Positions 23,311 through 36,469 of a stretch of DNA of 64,000 nucleotides are shown piece by piece. The notes under the pieces are model-generated. The model saw only the letters and a program-made list of their open reading frames with translations, was not told the DNA's origin and searched no databases. Location of the stretch: the NCBI RefSeq assembly GCF_036321535.1, contig NC_087436.1:95668001-95732000 (forward strand). The letters run 5' to 3'. Position numbers and translations under genes: made by a program. The DNA is from Camelus dromedarius (Eukaryota). How positions within the stretch are numbered: position 1 is the first letter of the stretch; each line of letters begins with the position of its first letter.

Positions 23311-24269
23311 CACAGCATTATTTTTATTATTCTCCTTTAGGAATTTCAAACCGGATATATCACCACACAGAGGAACTCTGAGGAGTGTAAATCCCTTCTA
23401 AGTTTCTCAGGAGCATTCAAGACCCATCGTACCCCTCCTTGAGAAGAGCCAAGAGGGCTGGGGGAGGTCTGCTCCCCAGATCAGTTTGCATCAGTGCCCA
23501 GGCATGCACCCCCCATGCCTGCTACCCACCCAGCTCCCTGCACCTGGCTTCCCTCCCAAACAGGGATTTACCTGCCCTAATCCCATTGTTTCCCCTGGGT
23601 CCATATATCACCACCTTTTGTAAAACAGAAGTTCAGGCTTTAGGGACCAAAGCGTGAATCAGTTCCCTGAAGCAAAAACACTTACCCGAGCCTGCCCAGC
23701 CAGGCTGCAAGGATGGAGGCAGCTCAGCCGAGCAGACCCTTCACAACAAAAAGCCCTCCCGCCGCAGGTGCTCCTGCTTGTTCCCACTCCTTCATAAAGG
23801 CCACGGATTCACGTCAACCCTTGAGCCAAATTTAAGGGTGAATGCTCTACCTAAAGTACCCAGAGGTATTTGATACCTCACTCAAAGACAGCAAGTTGTG
23901 TATGTGTACAAAATAGTCACTATGATGGTTGTTATTTCTGTAAGAAGGGCAAAAAAATGAGTCCGTATAATTCTCTTCAGCAAATCAATCATTAAGCACT
24001 CATTCATTTGAGCACTTCTTATGGAACGTCTATTGTGTGTTAGATGCTGAGAAGGATGCTAATACTAATCAGGCATGGAAGCCACTTCTGGATGCTGACA
24101 GCCTAGTAACTGAGCCAGCATAGCTATAACACATGTCTCCATCTATGTGTGGCTGTGGATATGCGTACTTAGATGAATATATGAGGACAAGGAATAGGCA
24201 ATGATGCCAGAGGGAAGGTTCAGATGAAGTGTTACAGGAGATCAGATGAGGGACCCAGTCACTCCAGCT

Positions 24270-24540
24270 CAGGCTGCCCTGACCGCACTCTTTACCATCA
24301 CAACCTGCCCAACCGCCCCCCACCCACTTCCAGTCTGCCCCTTCCTGATTGCCCAGGGCACTCATCACCCTGTAGTATATCATATAAGCTGTTTATATGT
24401 TGTTTTTTATCTGTCACCCCCACTAGAATGTAATCTCTCTCCATAAAGGCAGAGACTGTTGTCTGTTCTGATGTATCCCAAGTACCTAGAATAAGGCCTG
24501 GCAGAGAGTAAGCATTTAGTACGTTTCCCTGAATGCAAGG
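24270..24540 (+). mobile_element. L2a-like 3' end
   Basis: 'ccccactagaatgtaatctc...aaggcagagact...tgtatcccaagtacctagaataaggcctggca'. Confidence 0.85.
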
Positions 24541-26719
24541 CAGGCAGATCAGGTGTGGTGAGAGAGCTGTGCATCCATCCACTCACTGAATAGACCACTA
24601 CTGAGTATCTTCTCTATGCCCAGCATCGTCCTCGGCCCTGGAGATACTAAAGAAGCTTTCCAACCCCTCCAGGGGCTGGCCACCTGGACAGAGGGCAAGG
24701 GCTTCCTGCTTAGACAGACAGTGTCAGCAAAGGCTCCAAAGGCAGAAGGTTTGAAGAGCAGCAAATTAGGGTGTGGTGGGGACTTCCGGGGCTTAAAGAT
24801 GAAGCGTCACCGTGGGCACCACGCCCAGGCAGCACGGAATCCCTAACTAAGTGGTCCATGCTGACAGCAGAACCCTCACGATCCGCAGAGATATAAGCTC
24901 CATTTTTAAACAACTCCTTTAGATACAGACATAGGACTCCATCAAAGCCAAATAAATCCCTCTTAATCCGAGAGGTGGAAAGCCAGACAGGGGGACTACA
25001 CAGAGCTCTCTTCCTTATGGCCCATGTGTTTTTCACACTTCACGCTTTGCCTGTCTTCAAGTCACAGAGGAACAGGTTCACACACAGACACATGCAGAAC
25101 ACACTCGGGCTGTTTCCAACTTTGCACAGATTATCCTAGCCAAGCGAGGAGGCCAGGTGGGCCTGCCTGGCTCTTCGATTGCCCGGCCACCTTGAGAGGA
25201 GTCGAGATTGCTTATCTCAGCAGCCCGATCCTGGAACGACAAGGTGTAGGCTGCAGCTCCAAGACACCCATACGTACAGCTGCCCCATCTCAGGCCTGAG
25301 TACAACCCTCTGTCTGGATCACTGGCTGGGCCTGTTGAGGGCCGAGCACAGAGCCAGGCACTGCTGAAGGTCATAAAAGAAGCAGAAGAGAGAGTCTGAA
25401 AAAGCTCACGTCTGACCCCCAAGGAAGGAGAAAGGAGATGCTATAAAAATAAACGCTTATAGGCGTAATTAGAGTGGATGGCTGTACTGAGCTCTGGAAA
25501 AAATAGCATATAAAAATAATTCTGTTGTACACTGGCTCTTTCCTATATATAGAAAATACAAATAATCATCCACTTCCCCAGCGCATCTGTTTTCTGAAGT
25601 CCTGTTTTTAAATGTTGCGTTTTCTTAAAAGCTCACCTCACGAGCAAAAGTTCTAGTGTCAGCCACAGAGGAACTTCCAGCCATCAGGGTGAGCTGGGGT
25701 CCCTGCAGGGGGTGGGGAGGAGGGAGAGGGGTTACTGCAGGAATTGGGTGATTTGTCCACAGGGGAGATCAGGCCACTTGGGTAAAACCGGAAGCATGCA
25801 TTCCAGATTGCTGGAGCTACTGGGCTCCCAGTCCTGCTCCCCTGCAGGCTAGAGGATATTGCAGGCGAGGACCCCAGAGCAGTCTCTGAACATTCCTGCC
25901 CCCCACCCCCTGCACCTGCTCTAGATTTCCTTAACAGCATCACTAGAATGCCCGGGACCAACAGTGGAAAGAAACCACCTACACTATGTGGCATAAAGGC
26001 ATTTGAAGAGTACAGATCTCCAGGTAATCAAATGGCCCCCTGTCTGGCATGCTGTAGAGGGCGCCTTTCTCTGTGAGTCCAAGTGTGGGTGAAAAACCCC
26101 AGCCTCTCCCTCTAAGCATCTCCGCCAAGGAAAGGAGCCCCCTACCAGAAATGGGCGTGGACAGAATGCATGGAGGGAGGGGTGGGGGACACATAAGGGG
26201 TCACTCTTCCCACGACCTGATAAGAGACTTTCAGCCTCGTCTTGTCAGTAAATGCAACCTGGTGTTAAGCCTTGTAATTCTACCCAAGAAGCCTCATTTC
26301 CCATTTCTTTTTCATTGTTTCCTCCCTCTGTCCATGGGAGCAATTTAAGTCACTCTGATGCCCCACTAACAGCCTACTGGATGACAGCAGAGCAGAAAAG
26401 AGAAGACAGTCCAGAAATACGGAACCACCATGAAAAAATGCCTGCTTAGAGTTTCATTAAGCCGACCACTCCCCTGGTCACGAAATTGTTCGGAATGTAA
26501 GGGGATCCAAAATAGCAGTGGAATATATTTCTGGTGGTCTTCTGGCTGCTCCAGACGGGGGCTGTGGGTCCAGTTGCTCATCCAGCAAGCACGCCTGGAG
26601 TGCCAGCACCATATTAGACACTGACAGTAGCTGATAGCTAATATCTGGTGGACCCTTACAGGCCGGATTAGTGCTCACTTAGGACTTTCTAATTTCATTC
26701 TCCCAAGTATCTATGAGCG

Positions 26720-26860
26720 TCTCGCCATGATGACTCCCAATTTATAACCAAGATAATGAAAGCACCGAGAGGTTAAGTAACCTTCCCTAGGTCACAGAGC
26801 CAAATCCCAGAAAAGCCAGGATGGAGCCCAGTTCAGGCTCCAGCTTCAACTGCTTACACT
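26720..26860 (-). mobile_element. MIR SINE
   Basis: 'gagaggttaagtaaccttccctaggtcacagagcc'. Confidence 0.65.
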
Positions 26861-27469
26861 CCCTGGCCCCTAAAAGAGATGCCCCAGGGAGATTGTGCAA
26901 CCTGCCCAGAAAAATCTGTTCCAGGCTTTGCCTTGAGAAAGTCCCTTCGAGCGAATTCAAATGCCTCCTCCTTCTCTTCCAGTCCACTTCCTCCTGCTCA
27001 GCTCCAGGGGGATGTGGAGAAGAATGAGGCGGGGCAGCTTCTGAGAAACAGGTGGGAAGGAGTGGGGCTGTTCGTGCAGCGGGCACTGCGGAGAGAGTGC
27101 ATTCCTCACACCCAGAACCGCAGCCCCTCCGGGGCGGAGTCACCGTGTGCCCTGGGGAGCCCTGTCCACATCCCGGTCCAGGCCCCCATTCTTCCCACCC
27201 TCGGAGAGCAAAGGTTCATTTGCCTGTCCGATAAAGTCAGAGTTCTGCCTCTGTTGCAATACTTTTGGCGTTTTGTCAAGTTGACACTACTCCTGGAAAA
27301 GGACAGACAGTGCTTTTGTATCCGTTTGGAGAGGAGGCCCTTAGGTAAACAATGTTTTCCCAGCCTTGGAAGCCCCTGCTCAGCCCAGGGGCTCAGTTCT
27401 ACTCCTCACTGGTTGACACCGCGACCTTAAGCTGCTCTGTAGCTCAGCTGAACATTAGACACAAATTGC

Positions 27470-27580
27470 TGTGTTCTGTAGCACCGCCGGCTGGTTCTGT
27501 ACGTCTGGGATGGGGCCCAAGAATTTGCATTTCTAACAAGTTCCGGGGTGATGCTGATGCTCCGGAGGGTCCTTACTTTC
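27470..27580. mobile_element. MER5A-like hAT-Charlie fragment
   Basis: 'gtctgggatggggcccaagaatttgcatttctaacaagttcc...gtgatgctgatgct'. Confidence 0.85.
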
Positions 27581-29574
27581 TGTCTCCCAAGATTGCTTTA
27601 TGGAATTCTCGGTGCCATGTTCACACCAGCAACACCATTCCTATAAATCACAGCTCCAAACGCTATTTCGGCACAATGCGATATTTAACATCCCAGGAGC
27701 ACAACTTTGTGTGTGAGCTGAGAGGCAGAGGGAGTGAAGAAATTAGGACACTGAGCCCAGGCTGAGTGCCCATTTGAGAATGAATCCCCTAAGGACTAGG
27801 GGGACTGAATAAAGAGCAAGGTGAAAGGGCTTTCTGAGAAACCCTTGTTTACAGTCGGGCTCTCCACCTCATCGCTAGGAGTACCAGAGTCAGTCTGGGC
27901 AAAACCCACCCTGACCTGCCCAGCCCTGCCCAGACCTGCCCCAGGGAGGGAGTAAATTTACCTTCCAGCCACAGCACAGTGGCTGTATTTGCATTCTCTT
28001 CCCCTGCTAGGTAGGGCCATCTATCTGTCTGGCCCTACCAGCTCCTTGACAGCCTTCATCCAGGCCCTGGTTGGACCCTAGGATTTTAGTATAAATCACT
28101 GAAAGGAGGGTTTCTGGCCCCTCATCTGCAATCATGTTCCCTTCCGGAAAGCCTGGAGGTCAGGAGGTAGCACAGAGCAGGAGGCAACCCCTCAGAGCCA
28201 GATAGGGTCTGTCATTCCTTCCCCCACATCTTGGCTGCATGCTGGCTTCCACGTGGCTTACGATGGGTGGGTGTCTCCTGGGTGACAGGAGAAGGATTAT
28301 TAACCTCCAGGGCTCCAGCCTGGCTGTGGTCTCCTAACCTAGAGCTGGAAAGCCTCTCCCCACTTGATGCCCAGCTGTTTCCCTCTCTATGAGCACAGAG
28401 GTCTTCTGGGGCAGGAGTCTTCCTTTCTCTACTATCACATGGAACCAAGGCTGGGGAGAGAAGATGGATGAGAAAGAGGAAAGAAGAGGTGTTTAGAAGA
28501 GATGAGGGCATGGGGGCTAGAACCAGAAACATATTTTCTCTAAGAGATACAAAGGGGAAAAGGATATAGATCAGGGCAGTCTTCTGGGGATTTTTCAAGA
28601 AAAAGTGCCAAGGCAGGCTCAGGGCATGAGGAAGAGGGTAGAAAAGGAAAGAGGGTGTATTGAGGGCAGCTCCGGGCTCTCCATGAGGAGTCTCTCTACA
28701 GAGTTTGAAAGTACAAGTAAAGGGCTTAAATTATTCTGAAGGATCCTTCAGTGGCTGGGACCCTGTCTCTCTGACGCTGCTCTGGGACTGGACTCCACGG
28801 GTCATACTTTCCCTGGGTTACGTCCCTGGGCTACGTCCCTGGGCTTCTCCCATCTTTCATGTTGCTGCTCCCAGCATCTGGCACAGAGCCTGGTGCATGA
28901 GAGATGCTCAAAAAAGGTTAGCTTTTTTCCTCACTTCTTTCCTTCTGTCGGCCCTGAGCAGCCCATCAGGCTGACATGATGGCAGAACGGAGCAGGGGCT
29001 GACAGGACAGCTCAGGGGAGACAGGCAAATAAAACATCCCACTAAGTCTCCCTGGACCAGGAACCAGCCGCACGTTGCTGATTTTGGCTGGGAGCCCACC
29101 ATTTACCAGCCCCCTCCGGGCCTCTGGGGTATGGCTAATTAAAGACACGGTTACTCATTTCATTCCCAAGTCACTATTTAAGGAAGTCGAATCATGCCAT
29201 TCCTACGAGGCCTCTGACCCTACCCTAGAGGCAAACAATGCCAGGGCTTGTCCAAATAGCTGTAAGCACAGAGCTGCTCGAAGAGCCTGGGAGGGACAGA
29301 GGAGGGAGGAGCCGACAGCCCTACCGCTGGGCCAGCTGCTGGACTGTCCCTCCTTCAATGCCCTTCTCTCTCCCTCCCACTAAGGGGCCAGGATCTAGTG
29401 ACAGTCCCTCCCTGAGGCCCCTGCCAGGGCAACTCCAGTGTGTTCTGGACACATCAGAGTCACGCAGCTGACTTGGGAAAAAACAGTAACAATCTTCTTT
29501 TGGATTTCAAGTAGCAGCAACTTGGAGCAGTTGGGATTTTTCAGTTATTCTTTAAGAAGTAAAGAAAATATTGC

Positions 29575-29945
29575 TTTTAATCAACAAACTCTTACTGAGA
29601 TCTGCTCTATATCAGGCCCAGGGCTAAGCATTGGCAAGAGGAGTGGATAAAAATAAATCCTGCCTTCAAAGACAGTCCAGTCTGATGAATGAAAGAGATG
29701 CATGAACAAGTATATTACACAAACATGGAATAAGCGTAAAAGTAGAGTTATGTACTATACATACTACAGAGAAGATGGTGATAACCTGTAACTGGTAGGC
29801 AAAGAAAGGTGTGTGGAGTAGGGGTGGGGCATGGGGAGATCTGAGGAGGGTTTTGAGGTGCAAATAGGAGTCTATCAGGTAACCTATTAAGAAAAAAGCA
29901 ACCCTAGCAGGGGAGAAGCATATTCAAAATCTTTTAAATCATGGA
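29575..29945 (-). mobile_element. L2 fragment
   Basis: 'tcaacaaactcttactgag...caggcccagggctaagcattgg...cctgccttcaaaga...cagtctgatg'. Confidence 0.7.
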
Positions 29946-31409
29946 GAAGCAGGCTCAACCCACTAGTTTCAAGGGGTCTCAAATTTTCCTAACAACTCAT
30001 ACAGGAGATTAGAGTGAATAGCAGGCTAGTCCAAAGCATCCAGTACAGGTATGAAATATTTTAAAATGTGTTATTGAGAATGAATTGACATATGGCATTA
30101 CATTCATTTCAGGTAGCATGAAATGTCATAGATACTTATTTTTTTTAATTGTGCAAATTATGCATTATGGTTTATAACAGTCTCATGTTTCAAAATTAAA
30201 ATAAAGTTTTTAATTTCTAGTAAGATTAGTTGACTTTCCAAACATACATTGTCAGATAAACTTAGTCCTCCACGAAGAGAGAAGTTCCATGTTGACCCAC
30301 TGAGTAAGGGAAAGGCAGTTTGTACCCAGCTTGAGAACTAGAAAGCCTTTCAAAGAAGGGTGGAGACCACAGTCCCATCTCTGAACGTACAAGTGATTTT
30401 TCACACTCATGCTTATGTGTTGGCCGGGTTTGACCACAGTGACAGTATTTTCCAAACACTCTTCTAGAAGTAAGTTTACTCTGGTGCCTGTGAAGGCCGT
30501 CCTAGTTTTTGCAGGAATGGGACTGCTCTCTTCACTTTCATCCCAGCCACGACCCTCTGGGCTGTGGGGTATGTGGCAGGGGTGGGGTGCCCATGGGCAG
30601 AGATCAGAGTCTAGGAAGGCAATGATTACTGTCTGGAGAGTTCAGGACAGAGTGGAAGATAATTCTACACTTGTGCTAGAAAATTTCAAACAGCAAATTT
30701 AACATCCCCGAAAAACAATTATCCTTCACACTTTCTTGCCTGCTAGGGAACACTTGTATTTCGTGCTCACTGTCAAGGGAGGAGCGCAGGACGACCTTTG
30801 AGAGGAGAGTGGGGAGCCCATCTTCACAGGAGCACAAGGATGAAGCGGCTCACCGGTAACCAGGTAGCAATCCTTAAATGAACGGGGTTATGGAAAAGCG
30901 GAAGGGAGAAGACCTATTTTGTTTCAGTACAAACCAGGCTCTGAGGGGCCCTCGCACTGTAATGGCAGCCTTGCTCCATCTTCCGTGGGAGATGTGAAAT
31001 TAACCAGGAACGGCGCACTGGCCCATAAAGGACAGGAAGACCAGGTGTCTGGACTCCGCAAGGAATTGTCACATGCACCGACAGGACAATAAATACCTAA
31101 GTAGTTCTTTCTACATATTTTTCTAATTTCCGTTTAATAAATTACTGTAACTCAGATGGGCCTGTGGATTTTGTAATGCCCTTTGTCACCAATTTGTTTC
31201 AGACAGGGTCCCCCCCAGACCATGTTTGCCCAGGCTCTGCACATGCTAGGGGCAGTCCTGCTAGGCATTCTGTTTTGCTGTTGTTGTTGTTGTTTTCCAA
31301 AAGCTCCCCAGTTGCTTCTAGTTTTGCACCCGGAAAGTGTCTCTGTACCAGAAAAAAGCAGGTGGATGTCCACGCCTCTGCTTTCAGCCAGCATGTCAAA
31401 GAGCCCCAG

Positions 31410-31872
31410 GTGGAGTTAGAGGCTGACCTGTGTCCCCCACCCATCAGTTCGTTTGTTGAAGTCCTAGCCACCAGTACTTCAGAATGTGGTCTTATTTGGA
31501 TATCGGGTCATTGCCGATGGAATTAGTTAAGAAGAAGTCAGGCTGGAGTCGGGTGGGCTCCTAATGCACCATGACTGGTCTCCTTATAAATGGGGGAATT
31601 TAGACACAGTCCCACACCCAGGGAGAGCACCAGGTAAATGTGAAGACAGAGATCAGGGTGGTGCATCTGCAAACCAAGAGATGCCAAAGACAGAAGGCAA
31701 ACCCCCAGCAGCTGGGAAGGGGAGGCAGGCTGGGGAGCGGTGCCTGGAACAGATCCTCCCTTACCTCCCACAGAAGGAACCAATCCTACCAACACTTTGC
31801 TCTTGGACCTGCAGCCTCCAAAGCTGTGAGACAACAAATTTCGTCTTACGGCGACCCCAGAAAACTAACACA
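31410..31872 (+). mobile_element. MLT1B-like ERVL-MaLR solo LTR
   Basis: 'gttgaagtcctagcc...cagaatgtggtcttatttgga...tgactggtctccttataa...gaaggaaccaatcctaccaacac...cagcctccaaagctgtgagac...aaactaacaca'. Confidence 0.92.
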
Positions 31873-34800
31873 GGAGCGGGATGGTCCTCAAGGGAACCAA
31901 ATGGGAATTCAATAACAAAGGTTCAAAATGGATTAAGAACAAAAACAAAAGACAAAACCAGCATCTCTCCAGGTAATGAGTGGGAAATCATGGGAAACTA
32001 TTTGGAAACTCAAAGAAATCTCTTTTTTTTTTAATGCACTTAACACTGCTGCAGGAAGTATTATCGATCTCCTCATGAACAGTCCCAATCTGCTGAGAAC
32101 TGGTGAGAAAGCAACTGGCTCGCCTGGTGTAAAAGCCTCTATACTCCTTGCACTGCCTTGTTCATTTCAGCCTGTCAGGCCAAGAAGAGAGAGTTGCATT
32201 AAATCACCTGGCAACTTAACAGCTCTCCTTGTTAGCATCAAAGAAGCCTTTCTCCTTAATCAGTTAAACACCTGAGATGTCCCTGGCAAGTGGAAAAGCC
32301 TTAGAATTAGGAATTGGCTAGGAGGTGGACTCAACAAGAGAACTTCTGGGTGCAAAAGGAAGCTTCTGGTGAGCCCTAATCAAGCCCCTGGCAGAGGAAC
32401 CCCTGGGATGTCCCAGGGGCCTGGGCAGCAGTGGCCTGTGCACCTCTCACCAGATACTAACTCCTTTGAGGGAGAGGACTCTGTCCCTTAAACCACACCA
32501 CCAGCCCTGTTTTCATGGCTGTGCCCCTGAATTCTCCCCATTCCCCCACCTCTTCTTGGGGCCCCGGGATTGTTCCTCCTCACCTGATTCCCGGGTAGCA
32601 GGGACAAGGGTAAACAAAGCATTCACAGCCCACAGGAAGCGGGGAGAGGGCTGGAAACGAGCATCTTAACAAGGCATTCGTGGCCATTTTCAGGGTCATG
32701 CAAACCAGATAAAAAGACAGTAAGTGGACATTTAATTAAGGTCAAGGAAAGGAGAATGGGTGTTGAACTTAGAAATGAATTTTTCTTCTTGAAGCTGTAA
32801 AAGGAACCTCAGAGTCCTTTGGCTCTTTTGACCTGTAGAAATGGTTTTCTAATTGAAGAGCCTGCGACTCCCATATCTTCCCATGTAAGACGTGAACAGA
32901 TCCAGGCAGCTTTAGATAAGGCCCTTTTAAAATAATGCAGGAGAAAGAAATGAATGTCTTCCATCCTGACAGCTCTTCTCAGGTCCCCTCCTACACTAGG
33001 ACTTTTCAGTGGGTAAATTTGGAGGGAAAAAAAATATTCAAACATGCAATTGATTGTTCAATCCCAGGTCAGCTTCACTTTCTAGCTCTCCGGGGGGTTG
33101 CCTGCCCAATCAACCACTGTCCTCCAGTTCCTGGACATGCCCTTGTTCAAGTCTGCAAACACCTGGTACCATTCTAAACGGAGCCCTATTCCTCTACTGG
33201 CTGCCTGCAACCCTGCTGCCAAGGGGAAGTTCAGCCTCATGTGAAGAGCTTCCATAATAATATCTCAGACTGGAATCCTGGTCCTTCCCTGGTGCAGGCC
33301 ACCTGACTCCACAGGGCTGAGTTTCCTCCTCTGAGGATGGAGACGCAATGAGTGATGTGAGTGGTTTCACAATCTCCTTTGAGGATCCAGTGGAAGAATA
33401 ATAAATAAAGAGAGCTCCTGATGTGCTGCGTCAGGCAAATAATAAGTAAGTCAAGCTCCTGACATGCTCCTAATACTCATAAATAAAGCCCCTGGTGCAT
33501 GGAGCAGGTGCTCAGTAAAAGGGCTCCTACTCGATGTTGTCCGCCCGGCAGCTCCACTGAGGGTCTGACCCTTCTCACCCGTCCACATGGAAATAGAGAG
33601 CGGAGGAGACCAGTGCTCTCTGCTCCTCCTGCCCTGCCCCCTCTGGAGGTGGTCCTGAGCCTAGGCTCCCGTGTGGTCCTGAGGAGGGAGCTAGTGCTGA
33701 CAGAGAATGAAAAAGGCAGCAGACTAGCTCTTTTCATTACAGAGAATCAAATAAAGGAGACTCCGAGTGCTGGACTTTAATTCCAATCAGTACACACTGA
33801 TGGAGCACAGACCATAATGGTGATGCTATGCTCAGGGCTGAGGGTGAAGAAATAAGACTTCGTCCCTCTCCCAAGCATCTCTTCAACTCCATGTGCTGCT
33901 GTTTAAGGATGTGAGATGTCTTTCAATATATCTATTTCCCCTAACAAATTGTCACAATTCCATATTTTGTTATACTAGCTTGATTCATTTTTATCTTAAC
34001 AAAAAGACTGATGTGCCGAAGAGAAGCATTGTGTTTTCCTCTCTTAATCTCTAAACCTCACTGACATTTAAGATGGAATTAATTTCTAATAATATAAACA
34101 GGAAGTAACTTTCTTTTTAAGTTACAAAATAAATAAAGCCAACCATATTCTCCTTGAGATAATCTGACAAACAGTTTTTAAGTCTCGAAGAAGAACTCGT
34201 TCCCTAATTGACTAATTAAAACCCACTTCATCTAATGAAGTAGATTCTCTATGGACCCCCTATAACAGAGAAAATTGTATTCATCTCAGTTGAGCTACAA
34301 TAGGACTGTGGAGGAAATAAACTGTATTTTGTGGGGGAAACAAACATGCTGGGAGTGGGAACTGTCACTTATCCACACCGGCTCCCCCGCTAACTCCAAG
34401 AACTGTATTCACAAAGAAACCTCCACAGCCACCACTTGAGCGGGAGCTGTCTTCTCCGGTTAGGAACTGGAGAATCAAATCCCCTCCCTCCTCTGACGGC
34501 TGGTGATGCGTTTCCTCTGGGAAGACAGCATTTGCTTTCCTGCTCCTTCTGGAGGCCAGGTCAAAGCGATCTTGTTCTGACACTTCCTCTCTGGTCCGGC
34601 AGCTTCCCATTGAAAAGTGAGGCCATTCTGGCCAGCTAGCTTTTCCCAGGCCAGCGGAGGGAGCTCGGGGCGGGGTGCAGGGTGGCATTGTCTGGTAGTC
34701 CCTTCACGTGAGAGGGTACAGCACAAAACTCTTTCTCCAGGGACTCCGGAAGAGTGGCTGACACAGGACATGTTCCTTAGAAAGTCACATTATGTGTTAT

Positions 34801-34959
34801 GTAGTATGTATCTGCAAAGATACAGCCATGAATATACCTCTGTATGTTCAAGGAAGAAGCCTCAGTGAGGCTAACGAAGATTTCCCTAGACCCTAGAGGG
34901 CTCTAAAGAACTTGCTTTAATTAGTAGATCAGAAGAGCTTGTATTTAACATATCAAATA

Positions 34960-35072
34960 AATAGATGATAGACAGATAGATGATAGAGAGAGAGGGATAA
35001 TTGATTGCTGGGTGGATAGATAAGCTAGCCAGATAGATAGACAGACAGATGGATTTAGAAGTCAGACAGATC
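34960..35072. repeat. Degenerate (GATA/GACA)n microsatellite
   Basis: Directly visible. Confidence 0.85.
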
Positions 35073-35089
35073 AAAGTTTATACTAACTA

Positions 35090-35250
35090 CTGGCTAAAGG
35101 AGCCAGCACTAGGTTTCCCTAAACCCAAATTTACTTGTCTGTAAAATGGGTTTCATTACCTCTCCCGATGGTGTCAAGGCATAAATGAATGATTGTATGT
35201 GAAGTGCTTATTAAAGTAACCGCCATAAAGTAAGCTTCAAAACAGGAACC
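35090..35250 (+). mobile_element. MIR SINE
   Basis: 'tgtctgtaaaatggg...aaatgaatgattgtatgtgaagtgctta'. Confidence 0.65.
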
Positions 35251-36237
35251 ATTGCCAATCTCATTTTTATTGGAGAAGACTTAATTTGCGGGCAACTTTG
35301 TGAGTTCAGGGTTTCAGAACTGCACAGAGACAGACTGGTTTCAGGGGAAGGCTCAGATACACCTACATGTAAATGGATACTTTCCACAACAATGCACAGC
35401 TGAAGCCGGGCCAGTCACTGCTGGTCAGATGCTTCCCGAGTTCTGCAGGTGAGACAGTTCTGCTGGGGAACCAACCTGATTTCCTGGTTCAAAAATCACA
35501 CCTGTGAAACTCGATCCAGGTGGGAAATTCTTCTGGCATATTCTGCTGAAGCCATGGTTCATTATCAAGCTATTTCTCTGGGTCACTCTGAGGTCATCTC
35601 CTTAATTAATATAATGACCAAGAGAGGCCCGAAATCTAGCTGCTCAGCCTTTGCCTGAAAGTCCTTCAGAGCAGCTGTCCTGTGTTGCCTGAACAAGTAC
35701 TTGGTGCCGGGCACCATGCAAACAGCCTCATGGCCATCAGTTTCTTTAATCTTGGGGGGGTTGGGGAGGGGAGCGGCTGCAATTATCCCCAATTAAAGAT
35801 GAAGAATCTCAGGCTTGCAAAGTCCAGCCACTCGTCCAAGGTCACAGACAGTAAGTGATGGAGCCAACATTGCTGGCAAGTGAGGGAGCTCTTCCCACCA
35901 AGCTGTGCCTCACAGAAAACCATTAATCCCACCTCTCTCTCCCCTGTCACGTGTGTTTATATTGCGTCTGAGAACAAAGGGGGGGGCGTAGAATTCTCAT
36001 TTTTCTCACCTGCTAACAAGCAGCACAGCCTATTGTTCCTAATCAGGCTCCCCCTTGCTCCCGGCTCTCCAGACTATTCCTCCAGTCCTCTGCATACCGC
36101 ATCTCTGCTCACGCCAATCCCTGCTCAGGATTCTTTCTAGCCTTTCAATAAAAACAACTGGCAACAATTCAGCAACGAGTTTAAATCTCTTTGGTTTGGC
36201 TAAGATGCCCCTTTTCAGGGGGACCTGGTTGGAGCAA

Positions 36238-36272
36238 GAGTGCCACCTGGTGGACCATTTGGGTCACTGCCA
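36238..36272 (-). promoter_or_regulatory. CTCF site with upstream motif
   Basis: Minus strand GGTCCACCAGGTGGCACTC fits the CCASYAGRKGGCRS core; preceded by GGCAGTGACCCAAA, resembling the ZF9-11 upstream motif. Confidence 0.7.
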
Positions 36273-36469
36273 ACATGTACTCCTTGGGCCAAGGTGGGCA
36301 GCAGGGTGGCTGAAAGAGAGATGGAGCAGTGTTCGTGCTACCCCGGCACGTTCCTGGACAGCTCTGAGAAATAACTCAGCAATGTCCAGGCCCAAACTTA
36401 CAGAAACTCAAAGTCTATGCTCAAATACAAGTTGGAGACTTTGTGCGTGCATTTCTTGGCTCCACATCC

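Noticed and set aside
26879..27430. 183-aa ORF
   Set aside because: No recognisable domain, non-ATG start, several overlapping ORFs in other frames; expected in GC-rich DNA.
31000..31410. Possible hAT-Tip100-like terminus and an ancient SINE-like motif
   Set aside because: Similarity is too short and recalled too loosely to assign without a profile search.
33397..33468. 31-bp imperfect direct repeat (24/31) with 41-bp period
   Set aside because: Only two diverged copies in probable MIR-derived sequence; not an array.
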